From Macrostomum lignano (lineage: Eukaryota): 64,000 nt of DNA. The position numbers and the translations under genes were made by a program. The stretch lies in the NCBI GenBank assembly GCA_002269645.1, contig NIVC01001659.1, forward strand, positions 124,001 to 188,000, written 5' to 3'. The notes beneath the pieces were generated by a model. It was not told the origin of the DNA and did not search any database. It was given only the letters and a program-made list of their open reading frames with translations. Positions 56,776-64,000 of this stretch are shown piece after piece (position 1 is the stretch's first letter; each line of letters begins with the position of its first letter).

Positions 56776-57348
56776 TTCCTCTTGGATATGACAAAAAACG
56801 GAATAATTATATAACAATAATAAAAAATTGACGATTTCAAACATTTTTTACTGTTAAAGTGTAAATATGACAACGGTTCGAGAAAATTTATCGAACCATA
56901 ATCCAGAACCAGAACCATGTTCCGGAACTGATTCTGTTTTTCGAACCATCGATATGAAGAGCGTCGAACCGGTTCGGAACTGGTTCCGTTTTTCGAACCG
57001 GCGATATGAAGAGGCTCCTTATTTTTTCGGCTATTAGCCAAACAAACAAAAGCCAATAAGCACATTCTCCTTGGAGAGACAGATAATTTTACACTTAAAC
57101 AAAAAAAACAAAATTTCTCTAAATAAATGGGGTGGGTGCTATTGAATATATTAGAAAAAGGACTGCGGCTGAAATGTACATGTATAGGCCTAGGCCTATA
57201 CACGATTTAATGAAATGAAAAGTATGTGTAGGCTTGACTTACTTGACTTAGCTGCAGGGGGCGTCCGGCGGATGCAGCGAGGAGGCGGAGGAGACCGCCC
57301 ATTCCGCTAGCCCCTGGCGACCAACGACTTCCGTTGAAGTGGTGTCGC

Positions 57349-60300
57349 TCAGGGGGACCCGTCGGTCTCGCCTGCAGCGCGGTCCTCCTCACCGACGGTG
57401 GGGAAGAAATCAGCTCGTCCGGTGTCCCTGAGGTACCGGGCGAGCAGTGGGATGCTCTCGGGCCTGCAAACGTCGGAGAGAACCGGGTTTGGCCCGAGGT
57501 GAGTAAGCCTGGCCCTGGTGAAAACCGGGCAGTGGCAGATAAAATGCTCGGCGTTTTCACTGCCTGAGCGGCAGAAGGGGCACCGCTCCTCGGGTACTTG
57601 GCCCTGAAGGAAGCGGTGGCGAGAGAAGCAGCCATGCCCGGAGAGGGCCATGCTAACTGCTCTGAGGTCTCTGCGGTTGAGCCTGAGGAGGGCTCTACGC
57701 AGGAGAGGAGAGGGACAGGGGACGGCAGCACGGGATTGCCTACAATTCCGGGTGTCGTGCCACCTGCGGAGATGCTCGGAGTCAGCCCAGCGCTTAACGC
57801 GGGAATTGATCACCGAGGCGGGGATGGGGGCACCCGGGCCCGGCCCCAATAGCGCGCCGGCGGAGCCAGCCTTGGCCAGCAGGTCAGCGCGCTCGTTGCC
57901 GAGGAAGCCGGCGTGGCCCGGGATCCATCTGAGCTCCACCTGGTTGCCTAGCGCAAGCCCGTTGAGCTGGGTGTTGCAGTCCAGGACGGACCTGGAGCTG
58001 GCGGTGCTGCGGCAGAGGGCCCGAAGGGCTGCTTGGCTGTCAGAGTGAAAAATAAATTTCCGGCCGCTAAGCTGCCTTCGGCGCAGCTCTGCCGCGCAGG
58101 AGCTGATGGCAAGCACCTCGCTCTGAAAAACACTGGAGTTGAGCCCAGTGTGCTGGGAGTAGCTCCACACCACTTCTCCCTTGAAGAAGACGCAAGCTCC
58201 GAAGCCTGAAAGACCATGCCTCATAGAGCCGTCAGTGTAACAGTGGACTTCAGAGTCGCTCCAGCTGTCACTCGCCTCGTGTCGAGGCTGAATGGTGACC
58301 TTATACCTTTGGCTCAGGAGAAGGGTGGCTGGGATCGAGTCCGTGAGGATGTTGAGCCCGCCACACTCCTCGAGAGCCTTGAGGCAGAGGTCAGAGTGCG
58401 GGATAAGCGACCGCTTCTTAAAGGCCCGCACTTTCTTGAAGGCCACCCCAGCATCCAGAAGACGCCGGGTGCTCTTCGCCGCCTCTCCTTTGATATAAAT
58501 ATCCAAAGGAGGGGCGCAGAGGAAGGCATTCATGCCTTCAAAAGGAGTAGAGGGTGGAGCGCCCATAGTCATGCGGCAGGCTCTGCCCTGGATTTTGTAG
58601 AGAGCGTCGAGGTTGCTCTTGACGCTCAGGCCGCTAGCCCACACGAGGCTGGCGTAACTGATCGAGGGGCGGATGATGGCAGTGTAAATCCACCACAGCT
58701 TCCTGGGGGTGAGCCCCCAGGTGGTGCCCACGGCGCGCCTGATCTGAGCCAGTACAGCCAGGGCTTTTTTGGCTTTAGTTTGAATGTGCGGAGTCCAGTT
58801 AAGCCTGTGGTCCAGAGTGAGGCCCAGGCAGCGGACCTGCTTCTCCATGGAAATATTCTTTCCATAGAGGGTGAGGGGCTTAATGGTCCAGAGCAGTTTG
58901 TTGGTAAACATGACTGCTGTGGTTTTCGACTCTGAGAGTCTAAGGCCACATTGGTCTGCCCAACGCTCCGCTCGTCCCAGAAAGCCCTGCAGAAGGTCTC
59001 TGATGGTATCAACCGAGGGGCCCGCGCATATCGCGGTCACATCATCGGCATAGCCCACCTTGAGAATGGGGTCGTGGAGATCACTGCAAAGCAACTCATC
59101 CATGACCATGTTCCAGAGAACGGGGGTGAGAACGCCGCCCTGGGGGCCCCCTTTCAGGACAGGCACCGAAAGAGAGCTGCCGCTCAGGTGGGCCACAACA
59201 GTGCGGTTTCGGATCATGAACATGATCCACCGGACAAGGTGAGGGTGCGTGGCCCTGGATTCCAGGGCTCTGCAAAAGGCCTCGAAGATGACGTTGTCGA
59301 AGGCCCCCTCAATGTCCAGGAAAAGCGAGAGGGCAAAGCCGCTGCCAAGAACGGCCCTCTCCAGGAAGTCAACAATGACATGGAGAGCACTCTCGGTTGA
59401 CCTGCCCGCGCGGAAGGCGTGCTGGTTCTGCGAGAGTGGGAAGCGCTTCAGCTCGAACGAAAGTAGGCGCCAAAGCACCAGTCTCTCGAGGAGCTTGAGG
59501 CAGAAAGAAGTGAGGCTGATAGGCCTGAAGGCCTTCACCGATTGGTAGTCGCTCTTTCCAGGCTTGGGGATAAAGACCACCCGGGCCTCTCTCCATGCAA
59601 CTGGTACATAGCCCAGCTCCACACAAGCTCGAAGGAGACGACAGAGCAGGTCCAGGAAGCGGTGGTTTTTCACCGCCTCGTGCAAGAACGCTGGGTAGAT
59701 GCCGTCGGGCCCAGGCGCCTTGAACGGGTTAAAGGACCTTGCCGCTCTAATAATGCGGTCTTTGGTGATCATAGACTTTGCTAGGCCTTGCCCTCCCACT
59801 GTGTGGTCGGGCGGGCCCTGCTGAGTCGGAGATTTAGGGAAAAAACTGTGAGCATGAGCTCTAGAGTCTCTTCCGAACTCTCTGTGACCGAGCCGTCAGG
59901 TCTCTTCACAACAGAGAGTTTAGAAAAACGGTCATTAGTGAGTGCCTTAACCACGCGGGCTACGGGGCGAGAGCCCTCAAGCCCTTCGCAATATTGGCGC
60001 CACTTGGCCGTCTTGGCCCTTCTGACTTGGCCCTTAAACTCGTGGATCGCACGGGTATAGGCCTCTCTGTCAGATGGGTCTTTGGTTTTGAGCGCTCGCC
60101 TTTGGAGGGTCCTGGCTCGGCGCCGAAGGGCCCCGAGCTCTGGGTTCCACCAGGGAGCAGATTTCTTGCCTTTATAGGCCTTTAGGGGGCAGGCTGCTTC
60201 AAAGGCAGTGGTGATCGCCCCGCCCAGGGAGGAGGCGAGATCGTCCACCACCTGGCAGTCAGAGAGGTCACTGGGGGGTCAAGATCCCGAAGGCCGCGGC

Positions 60301-61051
60301 TCAGCTTCGAGCCAAAGGCGGCCCAATCGGTGTTTCTGACGTTCCGACTCCAAGTGACCTTAGGCTTTTGCTTGGTCGGCCCAATGCAAAAGCGGATAAA
60401 GCGGTGGTCCGAGAGCGAGTCCTCGTCCCACACTCGCCAGCCCGTAACTGCGGAAAGCAGTCCGGGTGAGGCGATGGTGGTGTCGATGACTTCGGCCCAC
60501 CGCCCATTATTGAACGTTGGTGCATTGCCCACGTTACAGAAGTTGAGGTTAGTGCTGCTGACATAGGCCAGCAGCTCCTCGCCTCTGCTATTGATGTTCT
60601 TGCTGCCCCAATGCAGGTGGTGTGCGTTCACATCCCCTGCAATGAGCAGCTCGAACCGATGGGACGCAGCATAGTCAGTAAGGTTGACTAACGCGTCGCA
60701 GACAACTGGGGCATCGCCCGGGAAATAGGCAGAAGCTACCAGCACAGGTTTATTGGGAATGAGGTTATTGATTTGAACAACACAGATGTCCCCAGTCGAG
60801 AGATCAGGTCTCATCCATGCCTCAAAAGCTTTTGCAGCAAAGACCAGAGATCTTGGGCGAGGCTGAGAGCCCGCCATGCAAAAACAGTGGTAGCCAGATG
60901 GCACATTATTTGGCTTACCTTTAGTCATCCAGGGCTCCTGTACGAAGACCAGGCCCGGAAGCTGTTGCTCTGCCGTGCGCATCAGGTTGACCGACGCCGC
61001 CACGCAGTGCTGGGTGTTGATCTGCAGACACCAGGTAGTCGTTGGCATCAT
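57349..61051 (-). CDS. LINE ORF2 (APE endonuclease, RT, RNase H), broken by two frameshifts near 60275 and 59842
   Basis: LQINTQH, VFVQEPW, GDVNAHH, SDHRFI; KAPGPDGI, FRPISLTS, GGPQGGVLTP, GYADD; RNase H YTDGS, FQSEVLAI, SDSQAAL, WIPGH, GNERAD. Confidence 0.92.
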
Positions 61052-62568
61052 TGCAGATCGGATGTTGCAGCCGCCAGGAGTTCCTCCTCCTCCTCGGCGC
61101 TCACCGGCTTCGGGTCGGGGTCGCCGGTGTCCATGGGCTCTTCTTCAGCAAAAGGCCCCCGATTGGCCGGAAGGCAGTAGGCAGCGTTCGCCGCCCTTTG
61201 CCCACCATCCATGGGGTCCTCCGCCTCAGATTGGCCCAATGCCCTGGAGCAGCCAGCCGCCTGGGCAGGCGGGTCCGTCTCCAGTCGGCCCTGCCCCGAG
61301 GGGTTGGGCCCAGCTGGGACGTCCCCACCCTCCCTGGACGAACTGGTGCGCCTAGGCGTCCCGGCGACCTCTCGCCTCAGCTGGGAGATTTTGGCGGTAC
61401 GGACTGCCTCAGCTGCACGCTGGTACAGGCCGCGCCGCTTGGTGCTACGCGCCGGGCGTCGGTCGCCTCCGCCCTCAGCAGCGCGCTCAGCTTTGCCCGC
61501 GCGGCCGTGCTGCCGGGCAGGGCGGTTTGCTTTGGCAGTCTGAGCAGAGGCTTGCGCCTCGGCCCCGGCCGCCTCCGCATCCCGCCCGCCCTGCTCACTG
61601 CCACGGGGAGGGTCGGCCTCGTAGGAGCGGATGCGCAGCTTCCAAAGGCCGACGTTGATGAAGCTGCCGTGTGGATAACGCCTCATCCAGGCGTCCGACA
61701 GCCCCAGGATGGCTGTGAAGCCAGTGCCGTCGGTGCGCTTAAGGGTGTCATGCACCACTAGGCCCGCGGCGGGAAGCTCCCGGTTGACTGCTAGCAGTCC
61801 TTTCCGGAGCTCGTCAGCAGAGGTAACAACGCTCCTGGCCGGGACCCAGATTCGATGCCTCTTGGTCCGGGGGCGCTCGTCCTCTCTGCAGAAGGCTAGG
61901 TTGAGGTCCCAGCTCTGCTCGGGCAGCAGCTCAAGGAGCCGCCGACCCGAGTCAGCATCACTGGGCCAAATGAGAAGGCACGAGTCCCTCGTCGCATTCG
62001 AATGAATGTTCAGAGGCGTGCCCTTCAGAGTTTGCTTCCACAGGAGGCCATCAACGGCACTTCTCACCTGCTTCAGCTGATCGGGAGACAGGCGCGCGTC
62101 CTTTCCCAGGATGACAACCGCCGGTTGCCTCTTTGCCGCATCAGCGTAGGAGGCCCGGGGGTCAGTGGAGCTTTCTTCAGGTGGGCTGTCCACCCTCCCG
62201 GCTGCATCGGCCTCCCTATCCTGGGCAGGGGCTTCCGTGGGCTCGAGGCCCTCTTCCGCCACCGCCCCAGACTGGGAAGCTTCCGCTGCCGCGGGCCGTT
62301 GGCCCCTGGCACCGGTTTGGCTTCCGCCCTCCTTGGCCCGCCTCGCCTTGTTAAGTCGACGGCGGGCAGCTCCAGAGGTGGTGCTGCGTTTCTTAGCAGC
62401 TGGAGTAGCAGGTGTCTTCTCGGAGGCACCGCTCAGAGTTGGCTCCACGGGTCTCGCCGAGGCGTCCCCGATGGTAGCAGGTGGTATGGCCGAGGAGTTC
62501 ACGGCCCCAGCCGAGGCCGGAGGCACTGTGTCATCCACAGCCGGTTTGTTACTTCGGTTAGAAGCCAT
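61048..62568 (-). CDS. LINE ORF1 (~506 aa from ATG 62568)
   Basis: Long open frame directly upstream of ORF2. The central region (RIWVP...VNRELP...INVGLWKLRIR) resembles DUF4780-type ORF1 of LOA/R1 elements (inference). Confidence 0.8.
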   Translation of the reverse strand: MASNRSNKPAVDDTVPPASAGAVNSSAIPPATIGDASARPVEPTLSGASEKTPATPAAKKRSTTSGAARRRLNKARRAKEGGSQTGARGQRPAAAEASQSGAVAEEGLEPTEAPAQDREADAAGRVDSPPEESSTDPRASYADAAKRQPAVVILGKDARLSPDQLKQVRSAVDGLLWKQTLKGTPLNIHSNATRDSCLLIWPSDADSGRRLLELLPEQSWDLNLAFCREDERPRTKRHRIWVPARSVVTSADELRKGLLAVNRELPAAGLVVHDTLKRTDGTGFTAILGLSDAWMRRYPHGSFINVGLWKLRIRSYEADPPRGSEQGGRDAEAAGAEAQASAQTAKANRPARQHGRAGKAERAAEGGGDRRPARSTKRRGLYQRAAEAVRTAKISQLRREVAGTPRRTSSSREGGDVPAGPNPSGQGRLETDPPAQAAGCSRALGQSEAEDPMDGGQRAANAAYCLPANRGPFAEEEPMDTGDPDPKPVSAEEEEELLAAATSDLQ

Positions 62569-64000
62569 TGGCTGGAAGTAAAAAGGGTGGGACTTCCTGC
62601 AGAACACAGGCAAAGAGCCGCAAGGCCGCAACCCCAAACCAAGCGGCAGGCCCCCAAAAAGCAAAATACCACCCTGCGGGGGGACCCAAAAGCGCAAGGG
62701 GAACCGTTAGCGACCAGACTACTCCCTGGCCAAGCGTCCATCAGCACGGAGTTACACTGGGACATTAGAGGGTGCGTTTATGGTCACACCAGGACCCGGC
62801 GCCAACGAATCAGCTCGGCAGGGCCCAAGGGGGCCTGCCTTAACACCCACGGGACGAGTACCCTTCGAAGTGCGCCTTGCAAGGTGAAAATCAGGAGACA
62901 GAGTCTCTTGAGCTATCAGCCCGCCAGGGGAGGCAGGTGTGAGCATCGCTGGCTGGGATAAAGGCCATACCAGTCTCATACTGCACAGATAGTTCACCAC
63001 GCCATTACGTGCAGGACCCGGGGTCCTGGGGGCAACAGCCCCGGCAGTATGTGTAGGTGAATCATTACAAATACATGTAAATAAAGCCCTCTCCTAAATA
63101 CCAAGTGTCCACAAAAAGTACACTAGGCCTATTTTCTATATAGGCCTTATGCCCCTACCCCTTGTTCTTGTAACAATGTAATTGTAACCTTTGCCTTGAT
63201 AGCTTCAATTCTTAAGCAACACAATACTACTGTCTACTAACCCTAATTAAATCCAAAAAGGTTTTGAGCTTCTTTTAGGTAGGCCTATTAGTATGACAGT
63301 TAGGCCTATATTTATTCAATAATGCTTTTTATATGTCTTATATAAATTATATGTCTTATATATATCTTAGGGCCTACCTAGGCATATTATATTAGAAGAT
63401 ATTTTTAAATATGGCTAAGATGCATAGATATTTTAGCCATGGCATGTTGTATCACTTCTTAGTCTTTTTTAGGAATATTTGCTTGGCTTTTGTGTTTATT
63501 GATAGGCCTATTTATTTTTTATATTTTATATATACTTAACTTAGTTATTCTAGGAGCTAAGGCCTATCTAAGTCTTTATTATAAGCCTTGAAAGCTATAA
63601 CTTATTTCACTATTTCTTTTATATAACAATAACAACATATAATATGTGCAACCCCCTTGATTTATACTGGCCATGTGATTTATTTTTTGACCAAGAATAT
63701 AATTTACCTATGAAAGAAACCTTAAAACAAATATTAATTATGCAAGTTTAGGTAAATGAAAAAAGTAACTATAATCTATATTGTCTTATTAGGCCTAAGG
63801 CTCAATGCCTTATCATCTAATTAGTAGGCCTACTACATCTATATTTTTAAGTGGGCATTTTTGCAACTTATCCCTGGTATAGGCCTACTATAATTTAAAG
63901 TGGCCAGGTCAGCCAAATCGGCTAATAATTGTGCATTTATGATAAAAACAATAAAATACTTTACCCTCTAGCCATGCAATAGCTAAAAAGGAGAACAGAA

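Larger units (their letters stand above)
57233..63045 (-). mobile_element. Full-length non-LTR retrotransposon, LOA/R1 group with RNase H
   Basis: 12-bp TSD AGTATGTGTAGG at 57221-57232 and 63046-63057; 3' tail (TAAGTCAAG)2; ORF1 plus APE-RT-RNH ORF2. Confidence 0.92.

Noticed and set aside
62880-63045. Possible HDV-like ribozyme in the LINE 5' UTR
   Set aside because: Several hairpins are present, but I could not fit P1, P1.1 and J4/2 consistently; an RNArobo or Infernal search would be decisive.

Overview
Eukaryotic, repeat-dense genomic DNA. The GC-rich spliced genes and many minisatellites fit an invertebrate such as the flatworm Macrostomum lignano; the species is an inference. Four host genes are recognisable: the 3' half of a DEG/ENaC (FaNaC-like) channel, a small secreted PAN/Apple + 3xTSP1 protein, CFAP141/C1orf189 (5' exon unresolved) and a two-exon rhodopsin-like GPCR. 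Most of the rest is nested mobile DNA. (1) A complete Ngaro-type tyrosine-recombinase retrotransposon (8563-17703; A1-B1-A2-B2 split direct repeats, TAA core, canonical -1 frameshift signal) is interrupted by a young Mag-like Ty3/Gypsy element (identical 358-bp LTRs, 5-bp TSD). (2) A complete 16.6-kb KDZ/Zisupton-type DNA transposon (40195-56775; 154-bp perfect TIRs, 8-bp TSD, kb-long mirrored arms) carries a spliced CxC-KDZ transposase and a second, convergent, uncharacterised spliced gene. (3) A full-length LOA/R1-group LINE with RNase H (57233-63045; 12-bp TSD). Also present: a Penelope-type minimal hammerhead ribozyme, a CORE-like SINE, a Lep1-like Helitron, several MITEs and more than 15 minisatellites. 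All alignments, splice models and counts were made by eye; no searches were run.
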